DNA of 63,007 bases, the filler included, from Octopus bimaculoides (taxonomy: Eukaryota), in NCBI RefSeq assembly GCF_001194135.2. It is 7 parts of 7 records of this genome, joined end to end, with 100 filler letters (N's around TTAATTAATTAA, not from the genome) between each part and the next. Parts side by side here need not be neighbours in the genome. Positions count along the whole stretch, not along the records: positions 9,206 to 33,939 come from NC_068981.1; positions 34,040 to 37,218 come from NW_026433735.1; 5 more parts are not named here. One strand, given 5' to 3'. Numbering within the stretch: position 1 is the first letter of the stretch; every line of letters starts with the position of its first letter. Below the pieces are notes generated by a model, which worked only from the letters and a program-made list of their open reading frames with translations, had not been told where the DNA came from and did no database searches. Below are positions 24,379 to 35,160 of the stretch, piece by piece. Made by a program: the position numbers and the translations under genes.

Positions 24379-24550
24379 TTATTTTCCCTGCAAGTATTTG
24401 GCAAGAAAAACAAACCTCTGAATTCTGAGCAAATATACAAACAACTGAAGATTATCAAGTCTGGATCAAAGCATCCTACTTCACCTGTTGGAATTTTAAC
24501 ATCAGAAAATCGAAATGCATGGGCCAAAATCTATAAAAAGTTGATGAAAG
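24379..24550 (+). CDS. CRAT: CRAT exon (LFSLQVFGKKNKPLNSEQIYKQL...SPVGILTSENRNAWAKIYKKLMK)
   Basis: tttcctag acceptor and GTATTT donor; 172 nt, phase 0-1. PVGILTS.xRNxWA motif. Confidence 0.93.
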
Positions 24551-24845
24551 GTATTTCATTTTAATATTCTCCCAGTAGATGCCTGCACTTAATTTTCAGT
24601 TAGCACACTTAATGACAGAGCTGGTTGAGCATCAGACAAAATAACTTGTGGCTTTTGATTTTGTCTGATCTCACCAGTATTGACTTTGTCTTTCATCTAC
24701 TTGGTTAGTAGGGGGTTCAGTAAAATAAGTACCAGTCATGTAATGAGGTTAATATAACTGACTACACCCCCAACCTTCAGAATTTGTGGCCTTATGCTCA
24801 TAGTAGAAACCATGCAGTTGGAGTTTAGGCAGCTTGTTGAATCAG

Positions 24846-25570
24846 TTACGCCTAAACATAAGCTGTACCTCGAAATAAAGAGGACAGATCCTGTACACTA
24901 TAGATCCTTATTGCAATCAGACCTGGACACAATGCAGCAATGGATCATGGACTGGCAACTCAAGCTGGTTGTGGACAAATGTACCACCATGCATTTTGGG
25001 AGGAAAAACCCAGTGTCTACTTACTCCCTCCACAACACTAATCTCGAAAAGTCTTCTTGTGAACGCGACCTGGGCATTATTGTCGACAGCGATTTGCGTT
25101 GGACAAAACACATTGCTAAAATTGCCAAGAAGGCTGAGGGTGTCTTGGCGTCACTTACCAAGTTCTTTGTGCTCCAGCTATCTATCTGTGGCTTTATATA
25201 GCTATGGTGCGGCCTCACCTGGAATTTGCATCACTGGTCTGGAATCCCTATCTTGCCCAGAATATTAATCATCTGGAAACTGTTCAGCGATGTGAATAAC
25301 CTCCATCAGGCATTTGCCATACTCTGAACACCTTACTTCCCTGGGCATAGATACATTGAAACTCCGACGTCTGGTAACTGACTTGGCAGACACCCATAAA
25401 ATTATTAACCATCTTACTAACAATAACTCTGAGCATCTTTTCAAATTCCACCTGTCTAACACCCGTGGACATGTGATCTGACTGCATCATTTGTGCACTT
25501 GCAGCAGTACAGTACAGAATTCTACCAACTCCTTTTCTGCATATTGAGCAGAGTACTTCACAGATGACTA
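24846..25570 (+). mobile_element. CR1-group LINE reverse transcriptase C-terminal remnant
   Basis: LQSDLDTMQQWIMDWQLKL..DKCTTMHFGRKNP...ERDLGIIVDSDLRW.KHI...VRPHLEFASLVWNPY...LETVQR. Confidence 0.85.
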
Positions 25571-26693
25571 TAATGTTCTATATTCCTGGCAACAAGTCAG
25601 ATCACAAGCAAGCTAGCAGTGGAGAATGACTTCATTAATAATGTTAGTAGTAGAAGAATTGTTAACAGTAAGATCACTCATAAAATAAAAATCTTTTAAT
25701 AATTCATGACATGATGTCTGATCTTAAAATCATGGATCTCGTGAAGGAGATGATGCTGAACTACAAGTAATGAGATGCTGTGTTGAAGACTTGGCCAACA
25801 CATGTCAGCATGGAAAAAACATAAACTGATGATGATGATGACGATGATGATTATAATTAATCTGACTTTGGTGCCAGGCAATAAATTTTATTAAAATACT
25901 GAATTGTTTTGATTTGGCCCAAAGCCTATTTAAAGGTTATAGTTGTTTAAATGAACTTTAATTCTATCAAGATAAAGAACTAAATAAACTCTACCATGAT
26001 TTTAACTCAGAATGTAGGGAAATAAACTAAAAACTGTAAGGCATTTAGTTTGACTTTCCACCATCTTTGCCAAAAATGAAAGCCTCTATGTGGCTGCTCA
26101 AGCTGCTAGTAATAGCAGCGAAACTTCTCTGAAAGCATACCCAACTATCTTCAAGATAAGATCATATCAGATAATGAAGTCCATCTGTTTTCATCAATAT
26201 TTAGATTACAAATCTTGGTTTTGAACATAATCCATGGTGGCTTGAAAGGATATTCAGTTGGGAATTCTCTCAGTATTTTAAATGCTCCTTCATTAACAGG
26301 AGGATTGTAGGACACTAATAGGCAGTTTGAAATAAGTAATTATTGCTATCAACAATGATTGTTACAATTAATAGCCTGTTGTTCTACAACAGACTGAACT
26401 TTTAACTTCCTTTATGTACACTCTTTGCATTGCTAAGCTTTCATTTAGAAGGAGAAAAAACCCTCCAAAAGATTCTAAAAAATATAGAAATTATGGCTAT
26501 TATGTAAAGTTGTTTCTCTTTTTTTTTCTATATTTTCTTTTTATTTATATTTTTTGTGTTTATAAAATTCTGATTGAAAACAAGACTTTTATCATGTTTC
26601 TGATAATGAATTCTGTCTGTTCTTATAGAATACTACTCCTATATCTGTGACAGTGCTGCAACTAATTGCAGATGTGCTTTCATTTTATTTCAG

Positions 26694-26875
26694 ATAAAAA
26701 AAACCAATCTTCTTTACAGTCTATTGAAAATAGTCTTTTTGTGTTATGTTTGGATAAACCTATGCCATTGACACAAGATCCTGTCATGAAAATGTCTATG
26801 GCTGGTGGAATGATGCTTCATGGAGGAGGAAGTGAAATGAATACTGGAAACCGATGGTTTGATAAAACCTTACAG
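26694..26875 (+). CDS. CRAT: CRAT exon (DKKNQSSLQSIENSLFVLCLD...MLHGGGSEMNTGNRWFDKTLQ)
   Basis: tttcag acceptor and GTAACT donor; 182 nt, phase 1-0. LHGGG...NRWFDKTLQ is a family signature. Confidence 0.97.
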
Positions 26876-26999
26876 GTAACTTGGCTGTTTATTGAAGTAT
26901 TTTACTCTTGTTTCTATGTTTTAAAATGCATGTTTTTTTATCATTATTTAGTGGTACCAACTTTCTTTAGAAAGCACTGATCCTGGTCTCGTTGCTATG

Positions 27000-28620
27000 G
27001 TCAAGCAACTTTGCCCTTGGTTGAAAAGTTGGGGGCACTGGGAAACCTCTCTAATGGCTATTGAGACATGCCAGCATGCTTGCAGCATTGCCACAGGTGA
27101 TGGCGAGGCTGATACGCTGGAACAGCCAAGCGCCCTAACGAGCCTCACCAGTTACCTCTGCAAGGCAAGTTGCCAGTGAAGACAGGAATCTTGCAGTTAG
27201 TGGCCCAATCCCACCAAACGTCTCGAATGCTACAAGATGGAAAATGTAGTTGGCCGACAGATTGTGGTATTTCAGGATTTTGTTCCGCTTGACCACAGAA
27301 GCTGTGGATCTCGCCCTGACCACAGAAGCTGTGGATCTCGCCCTGACCACAGCATCCAGGATATGAGAAGAAGCAAAGGACTTGCTAACTGTGACATCCC
27401 AGACAAGGCATCTGCCTTGCGACCAAGGGCACAGGGTGAGGCCATCAGGTCTCTTACCATCACATCTGGACAATCCAGATGGTGCCAAGATGGAGGGGAT
27501 GTTTACCCAGCCAAGCTCCTCTTGAGTATCAGGTTCAACTTCATATGACCCGTGAAGTGACCAACATTCAGGCAGTACGAAAGGCCATAGAGGCCTGTGG
27601 AGTCGAGGAGCCTGTCACAACAACAGATCAAACCCATGCATATGTCAGCTCCCACTCTGAGGGCAATGGAGACATGAAGTTTGTCCAAGCTGAGTAGGCC
27701 ACCAACATTAGCTACAGGGATGGCATCAATCCAGTCACCTGTGTATTTGGCACTAGCAGACAGTAAACTGGTCAAACTGGATGAAGAAGGAGTTGAAGGT
27801 GGCTTTCGAAATTATCTTGTCCCAAGCTGTCTGACTCCGACAGTCCTCCACCTTCTCAGGAGCAGACAAGCCCAATTCCCTCCAGTGTTGGAGACCTTCA
27901 TCCAACTCCCTTTTGGAACTGGTCCATGTTGGAGAGGAGAGGAAGTTGCTCAGGCGTGGGTGGAGGAAAGGAAGTAGGGGAGAGAGAGGGATGAACACTT
28001 ACAAAGACCAAGACCTCCAAATCGCTTGGGCAATGCAGCCTGATTGCAGGACATTGGAAAGAGTCTGACATTGACTAAGCATTTAAGTCTCTTAAAGATT
28101 AGGTTGTCGAAGCGTTGGAGACATGATGGGAATTGGTAAGATGAGAAATGGCTGGGGTGGACTCAAATAGCTGGAACTGTCTCTTAAGAGCATATATAAG
28201 GGAGCCTGAATTCACCTCGTGCATGTGGAGAGAGATGCGAGAGAGCAAAAACAGTTTCTACCAGTTGGACGCATTGTTGGATAACAAGCTGGAGAGCATG
28301 TGAGCAAAGCTATTCCAAGCTCCCTTAGGAATCCGGTTAATGAGCTTCGATTTAGATAAACCCTGGAGGGCTGCAAGCAAAGTCCTCAGTAGAGAGCTGG
28401 TTGTCAGAGTGTGAGGCGTCTTCATGGAGTGCGTCAGAGTTGAAGTGGCACTGACTGCAGGTCCAGTATGGAAGACTTTCGGCTTGAGCCTTGGTCATGC
28501 AGACACAACTCCTGTGGTAATTTTGGTGGCACAGGTAACAATTAATTGTCTTTAAGTAACAGCTAGTGCGAGTACAGAAGAGCACAGTCAGGTGGTGAGC
28601 TAGCATCGACCAACAGTAGA
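27000..28620 (-). mobile_element. CRE-clade non-LTR retrotransposon remnant (PHD-like finger, deleted RT core, zinc knuckle, RLE endonuclease)
   Basis: INCYLCHQNYHRSCVCMTKAQAESLPYWTCSQC; RIPKGA...; QAALPKRFGGLG; GDWIDAIP...IALRVGA...CCC...GLYGLS...H..LN; GLSRCDGKRPDGLTLCPWSQGRCLVWDVTV...AFETFG...FQRISLAITCGNAAS, ending TAG at 27051-27053. Confidence 0.85.
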
Positions 28621-28876
28621 GGGCCAGTATTGGAACTCAATCAAGGGAGTGAGTTAGCAGAGGAGGTAGGGTAAGCAGCATTGGTTCCAAAGGTGGGGCT
28701 AGAACGGAGTAAGTTAGATGTGGTCAGTTTGAATATAAAACAAGTAGAATATTTGGGCTGGATATAACTGGATTAAATGTTGATGGGTTGAAATATAAGT
28801 CCATGCATTAGTCTGTGTTTCTGAAGCAAAAGTTGAATTCTAGTTTTGAAGTTTTTATTTGTTTATTTCTTTGTAG

Positions 28877-28977
28877 ATAATCATTGGCCATGATGGAGTT
28901 AGTGGTTTAAATTATGAACATACATCAGCGGAAGGCGTTGTTCTTGTGTCGCTTATAGATCATGCCCTTGATTTCTG
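28877..28977 (+). CDS. CRAT: CRAT exon containing the catalytic His (IIIGHDGVSGLNYEHTSAEGVVLVSLIDHALDF)
   Basis: ttgtag acceptor and GTATGT donor; 101 nt, phase 0-2. YEHTSAEG corresponds to human YEHAAAEG. Confidence 0.95.
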
Positions 28978-29014
28978 GTATGTATGAGGAGTTTGGTTTC
29001 TTTTTTTTTCAATC

Positions 29015-29240
29015 CTTTTATTGGTTTCAGTCATTGGGCTTCAGCTGTGTTGAGGTGCCATTTTCAAGAGCTTAACCAATCATGTTGATGCCATTTCCTA
29101 TTTCATTCTGGTTCTTATTTTATTGATCTCTTATTTTTTTGAACTGCTAAGTTATGGGATGTAGACAACAGCAGTTTTGTAGGCTGCTATAAACAAAACA
29201 CACATACACTCACAAAATGGGCTTCTGCACAGTTCCTCAA
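29015..29240 (-). mobile_element. SINE family A, 3' half
   Basis: Reverse complement gaagcccattttg...cataacttagcagttc...cccaatgactgaaaccaataaaag matches the family A tail. Confidence 0.65.
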
Positions 29241-29244
29241 TCAC

Positions 29245-30401
29245 CTCTAATGTGTCCATAGCTTACACTGGGTACGTCTTATGGAGTTTCTACCTACACC
29301 ATTTCTACAGATCGAGCAGGGCCACCTACCTGAAGGGGTGTGTGATGTGATCGCCTTCCTAGTTACTAGAACTTTGGTCTTTGCAACATTGACTCTAAGG
29401 CCCTTCGATTCTAAACCTTGCTTCCACACCTGAAATTTCTTCTCTAGTTGTGGTAGTGATTCTGCTATGAGGGCTAGGTCATCAGCATAGAGGAGCTCCC
29501 AGTGGCATCCTGTCTTGAATTGCTCTGTTATTGCCTGCAGGACTATGATGAATAAGAGGGGGCTGAAATCTGGTCCTTGGTAGACCTCCACTTCTACCCG
29601 GAATTCTTCACTATACTCATTGCCAACCCTAACCTTACTAATAGCATCTCTGTATAGGGCCTGTACAGCCCTTATTAACCATTCATCAGTCCGCAGTTTC
29701 CACATCGCCCACCAGATAAGGGATCTGGGAACCCCGTTGTAGGCTTTCTCCAAGTCCACAAAAGCCAAGTATAGGAGTTTATCTTTGGCTAGTTGCCATA
29801 CCAGGAATATTGCATCAGTGGTGCTTCTACCTGGCACAAAACCAAACTGCATCTCATCTAAGCAGACTCTCTCCCTAATTTGTTGGGCTATGACCCTCTC
29901 CGTGACTTTCATCACCTGATCCAGCAGTTTGATACCCCTGTAGTTATTTCTATCTGAAGCATCACTTTTACCCTTGTAGCAGTTGACTATGGTGCTGCTA
30001 CGCCAGTCATTGGGTATGACTCCATCATGAACTACCTGTTTTACAATATGGGTGACTAGGCCATAGCCCACACCACCAGATGTTTTAAGCATCTCAGCAG
30101 TAATTCCTGATGGGCTGGGAGCTTTTCCTGGCTTCATACCCTTAATTGCTTTGTCTACCAGGGTACTGTCTATTCAGATAGCTGGTCCCTCTACTGGGTC
30201 AACATTTGGCAGGCTTTCATAAGGGCTTCTCCAAGCCTCTTTCTTTTCTGAATCATTAAATGCAAGTGCACCATCATCCATGCGGACACATTTCTCTCCT
30301 ATGACATCACAATTTTCTCTCACACACTGTCTTGCAATCTGAAATACTTCAGTTCTTTGGTCCTCACGTCGCTAGACATTGGCAAACCTCTTCTTTTCTG
30401 C
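29245..30401 (-). mobile_element. RTE-clade LINE reverse transcriptase fragment with downstream Cys-rich finger
   Basis: ORF 29247-30137: KAPSPSGITAEMLK...YKGKSD...NYRGIKLL...QFGFVPGRSTTDAIF...FVDLEKAY...SPLLF...LLYADDLAL...GLRVNVAKTKV...WPCSICRNGVGRNSI..TQCKLWTH. Confidence 0.93.
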
Positions 30402-30448
30402 ACCCGGAACGATGTGGTTGGGAAGCAAACTTCTTACCACATAGCTAT
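30402..30448 (-). mobile_element. SINE family A tRNA head fused to the RTE fragment
   Basis: Reverse complement gcatagctatgtggtaagaagtttgcttcccaaccacatcgttccgggt runs directly into RTE coding sequence. Confidence 0.7.
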
Positions 30449-30829
30449 GCTTGAAAATAAAAAAATAAAAAAACTGATTAAAAATACATATAAAAACAAA
30501 ANNNNNNNNNNNNNNNNNNNNNNNNNNNNNNNNNNNNNNNNNNNNNNNNNNNNNNNNNNNNNNNNNNNNNNNNNNNNNNNNNNNNNNNNNNNNNNNNNNN
30601 NNNNNNNNNNNNNNNNNNNNNNNNNNNNNNNNNNNNNNNNNNNNNNNNNNNNNNNNNNNNNNNNNNNNNNNNNNNNNNNNNNNNNNNNNNNNNNNNNNNN
30701 NNNNNNNNNNNNNNNNNNNNNNNNNNNNNNNNNNNNNNNNNNNNNNNNNNNNNNNNNNNNNNNNNNNNNNNNNNNNNNNNNNNNNNNNNNNNNNNNNNNN
30801 NNNNNNNNNNNNNNNNNNNNNNNNNNNNN

Positions 30830-31112
30830 CAGTGCCCCTGGACTGGCTCTTGTGCGGGTGGCACATAAAATACACCATTTTGAGCATGGCCGTTGCCAGT
30901 ACTGCCTGACTGGCCTTCGTGCGGGTGACACGTAAAAGCACCCACTACACTCTCTGAGTGGTTGGCGTTAGGAAGGGCATCCAGCTGTAGAAACTCTGCC
31001 AAATCAGATTGGAGCCTGGTGTTGCCATCCGGTTTCACCAGTCCTCAGTTAAATCGTCCAACCCATGCTAGCATGGAAAGCGGACGTTAAACGATGATGA
31101 TGATGATGATGA
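30830..31112 (+). mobile_element. RTE LINE 3'-UTR tail fragment
   Basis: Well-preserved copy ending in (GAT)n. Confidence 0.85.
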
Positions 31113-31534
31113 CAGGTGTGTGTGTGGAAAAATTCCATTCTTCCCAAATTTTGGTGCCATTAATTCTGATATGTCTGATAACTTTTCCTCTATGCAGCTC
31201 TGTCTTTTTTTGCTTTATTCTGTATTCTCTGCATGCACTTTGGGCTTTCATCACTGTCTCTCTTTAAAGCATCAAGCTGTCAGAATAGTTTTACATTTCT
31301 TCTGTTTTCACATTCTGTGTTCAAATTCCACTGAGGTCAAGCACTAGGGTTGAAGTGATCGACTAACTTCCTTCACCAAAATTTCAGGCCTTAGTACAAG
31401 GAATTACTATCTTTCTTTACTGATTGCTGCTTTCTATCCCCATCTCTTACCCTTTTCTGATGAATTGTAAGGCATCTAGGTGCTGTATACAATAAGCTTA
31501 TTATTATTATTATCAGTATTGTATATAGTACCCA

Positions 31535-32355
31535 GATGCGAGCTGGCAAAATCGTTAGCACACTGGCCGAAATGCTTAGTGGCATTTTGTCTGTACTTAC
31601 ATTCTGTGTTCAAATTCTACCAAGGTTGACTTCACCTTTCATCCTTTCAGGGTTGATAAATTAAGTACCAGTAATTGACTAGTCTCCTCCCATCAAATTT
31701 CAGGCCTTGTGCTTATAGTAGAAAGGATTATTATTATTATCATGGAGTACTTGTCATGAATGCAAATCTTCTGGTGGTATCTTGCTATGTGGTTAGAACA
31801 GAACGTTTTATTGCTGAAGATTTTCAAGTTGGATATCAGCCACATCTTATTTGTCTAGAAGCATTTTTTTCATGTTGAATCTAAAGGAAATGGCAAAGAA
31901 TAGGGACAAATGCTGCAAGGCATCTGATCTGACATTCTTACAGGCAGTAAGCTGGCACAAACGTTAACACGTCAGGCGAAAAGCTTAGCAGTATTTCGTC
32001 TGCCACTACGTTCTGAGTTCAAATTCCGCCGAGGTCGACTTTGCCTTTCATCCTTTTGGGGTCGATAAATTAAGTACCAGCTATGCACTGGAGTCGATGT
32101 AATTGACGTAATCTCTTTGTCTGTCCTTGTTTGTCCCCTCTATGTTTAGCTCCTTGTGGGCAATAAAGAAATAAGAAACGTTAGCATGCTAGATGAAATG
32201 CTTAGCAGTATTTTGTCTGTCTTTACGTCGGTCGACTTTGCCTTTCATCCTTTCAGGGTCGATAAATTAAGTACCAGTTATATACTGGTGTCAATGTAAT
32301 TGACTGGCCCCCTCCCCCAAAATTTTGGGCATTGTGCCTGGAATAGAAAAGATTC
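31535..32355 (+). mobile_element. Cluster of SINE B copies (~31535-31740, 31950-32180, 32178-32355)
   Basis: Repeated ctggc...gttagcac...ttctgagttcaaattcc...gtcgactttgcctttcatcctt...gataaattaagtaccag. Confidence 0.8.
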
Positions 32356-32550
32356 TTACAGTCTGCCAATCCACCATTTGGATTGATACTAAATGTTTTT
32401 GACCTATTCAAGAAGATGAAAGCAAGGTTGCCCTCACTGGAATTTGAATACAGAATACTGGGTTTCAAAAGAAATACTGTGAGGCGCTCTATCTGATGCC
32501 AATCCCATCAGCAATAATTAAAGCAGTGATCAGTTTGTTTTATACAGATA

Positions 32551-32840
32551 CATCATCATTTAATATCCGCTTTCCATGCTAGCATGGGTTGGACGATTTG
32601 ACTGAGGACTGGTGAACTGGATGGCTGCACCAGGCTCCATTCTGATCTGGCAGAGTTTCTACAGCTGGATGCCCTTCCTAACGCCAACCACTCCGAGAGT
32701 GTAGTGGGTGCTCTTACATGCCACCAGCATGAGGGCCAGTCAGGTAGTACTGGCAACGGTCACGCACAAAATGGTGTTTTTTACATGCCACCTACACAGG
32801 AGCCAGTCCAGCGGCTCTGGCAACGACCTCACTCGAATGA
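32551..32840 (-). mobile_element. RTE LINE 3'-UTR tail fragment
   Basis: Antisense to the 30830 copy over ~270 nt. Confidence 0.85.
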
Positions 32841-33308
32841 TTTTCTAAGGTAAAACCATAAATTTCAAGTTAGGATGAAGTCAGTTAAATTGGTTCCAAT
32901 ACTTGTCTGGTATTTATGATGAAAGGCAAAGTTGACCTCAGCAGAATCTGAACACAAAAAGATAGAACTAAATACTACAGGGCATTTTTTTCTTTTGATG
33001 CTCTACTACTAATTCTACCACCTACCAATTTGTAAATATTCATACAAGTATCTAGATTTGAAGAACTATCCAACCCATCCTATTCAGAAAAGAGATATGA
33101 CTATTGAAACCATCCTAGCATCATTCAAATCATGTCAGAATTCTCAAATTGTGCCAACAACATCCAAACCATGATTTCTTGTCTACATTATTTTATTTCT
33201 ATTTATTTTACCCATTGTTTTACTTTATGGATTTGTATTCTTATGAAAAACAAAAAAATTCATAGATTGCAATATTAATTTAAAATCTGATTCTTTGTTT
33301 TAATTTAG

Positions 33309-33431
33309 CCTGATAAATGATGTTGATTTGACCATCACAGATTACACAATGTTTGGTAAAGATTTTGCAAAATCTATGAAGCTAAGTCCAGACGCACTTA
33401 TTCAAATAGCATTGCAATTAGCTTATTACCG
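33309..33431 (+). CDS. CRAT: CRAT exon (LINDVDLTITDYTMFGKDFAKSMKLSPDALIQIALQLAYYR)
   Basis: tttag acceptor and GTGAGT donor; 123 nt, phase 2-2. FGK....KLSPD..IQ.ALQLAYYR is the CoA-binding signature. Confidence 0.96.
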
Positions 33432-33750
33432 GTGAGTAATTTTTGTGTATTTGCTCAAGTTCATATATGTGCATTCTGCAATTTCAACGTAAACTTTGAG
33501 ATAGACTGTGTACAAGCAAGTTGACAAATAAATATTAGTCAGTGTGAAAAGAGAAAAAAAAAAATAATGAATGTGTATAATATGATGCATATTATAGAAA
33601 GAATGGGCTGTAAATTCAACAGCAGTTCAGTAGGTGGAAGGCAGTGTTTGTTAGAAAAAAACTTGAGAAGTAGTTTGATTAGATCTTAAAATACAAGACT
33701 TCTTCAGATAAAATGGCATAACAAAATAACTGCTAGGAACTCACAGGTAT

Positions 33751-33912
33751 ATCATCATCATCGTCGTTTAACATCCGCTTTCCATGCTAGCATGGGTTGG
33801 ACGATTTGACTGAGGACTGGTGGACCAGGAGGCGACACCAGGCTCCAATCTGATTTGGCAGAGTTTCTACAGCTGGATGCTCTTCCTAACGCCAACCACT
33901 CTAAGAGTGTAG
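33751..33912 (-). mobile_element. RTE LINE 3'-UTR tail fragment
   Basis: catcatc...ccatgctagcatgggttggacgatttgactgagg...; cut by a TA run and the spacer. Confidence 0.85.
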
Positions 33913-34039
33913 GAATATATATATATATATATATATATANNNNNNNNNNNNNNNNNNNNNNNNNNNNNNNNNNNNNNNNNNNNTTAATTAATTAANNNNN
34001 NNNNNNNNNNNNNNNNNNNNNNNNNNNNNNNNNNNNNNN

Positions 34040-34420
34040 AACCTACCATTGTCCATACTGGAAAATGACTCCTTTTATGTAAAAGTTGCAAACTATAGGC
34101 AGCAAAAAACAATTAAAAATTCTTGCAGCTTTAATACTCAAACATGGAAAAGGCCTGACAGAAAAAGAAAAAGACTATATCACAAACTTTAAATGCAAAA
34201 CGAGCCTTACTTTGAGATGCAGAGTCAAGCTGCATAAAGAACAGATTCGTTTTTATCAATACAGGCAGATAGCACTGAGCGAACATATCTAAAGATGTGC
34301 AAGAAATAAAACACTGAATTTCCATATCTTTCCATTACACCAATGCGAAGATTCAATCTCCTTACAAGAACGCCTAAACAAGGAAAAACCTGCTCATACA
34401 AAAGTACAGCCCACAACTAA
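34040..34420 (+). mobile_element. Internally deleted Penelope-like element (pre-RT region fused to GIY-YIG C-terminus)
   Basis: ILENDSFY...KHGKGLTEKEKDYITNFKCKTS joined to LHKEQIR..YRQIALSEH...NFHIFP...ERLNKEK.LIQKYSPQL (read across frameshifts). Confidence 0.65.
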
Positions 34421-34424
34421 GTTT

Positions 34425-35160
34425 CACAGTATGGTGGCATAACATTGTCATCAATAGTGATCACTCTAAACAGCATGATATTGTCTGGATGTTTGACTTT
34501 TATCACTCTCAGTACTCGTTTTGGGGACATGGCAAACCAACGGTTGATTTTTGTGCTCACCATCTGATCCTGGCAGAAATTTTTCTCGTCTGACAAAAAC
34601 CAAAGCATATTCAGTTGGAGGGAATGCTTGAGCTTGTTCAAAAACTTCATAGCATGGTTTTTCTTCTTGTTCTTGATAGTTTGGGATAAAAATTGGTCCT
34701 TTCACATCTTGTATGAGGAATACCAAATGTCTACATGCACTACCTGTCTGATAAGAAACTCAGTCGCTCCCATGTCCTTGGCAATGGATTTAGAGGGAAC
34801 ATTGTCAATCATGGCCTGGATCACACCAACAAATTCCAGAGTTCTTTTCTTATCAGANNNNNNNNNNNNNNNNNNNNNNNNNNNNNNNNNNNNNNNNNNN
34901 NNNNNNNNNNNNNNNNNNNNNNNNNNNNNNNNNNNNNNNNNNNNNNNNNNNNNNNNNNNNNNNNNNNNNNNNNNNNNNNNNNNNNNNNNNNNNNNNATGT
35001 CGTTTCCAAATCTCTGGCAGAGTGAATTGCGTCATGGTGCTGTTTTACCCACAGACAGTGCCCAACTGATCCTACTATACTGTGTAGTTGATAAAATCAA
35101 AAGCAAACAATGCGCATGTGCTAAATTAAAAATATAAAATGGCAACAATTTACCCAATTG
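34425..35160 (-). mobile_element. Tc1/mariner (maT/DD37D-like) transposase remnant, 3'-truncated
   Basis: Start MTQFTLPEIWKRH (35035), then across the gap SDKKRTLEFVGVIQAMIDN...LIRQVVH.DI.Y.SYKM...KFLNKLKHSLQLNMLWFLSDEKNFCQDQMV...IMLFRVIT.D.NVMPP. Confidence 0.85.
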
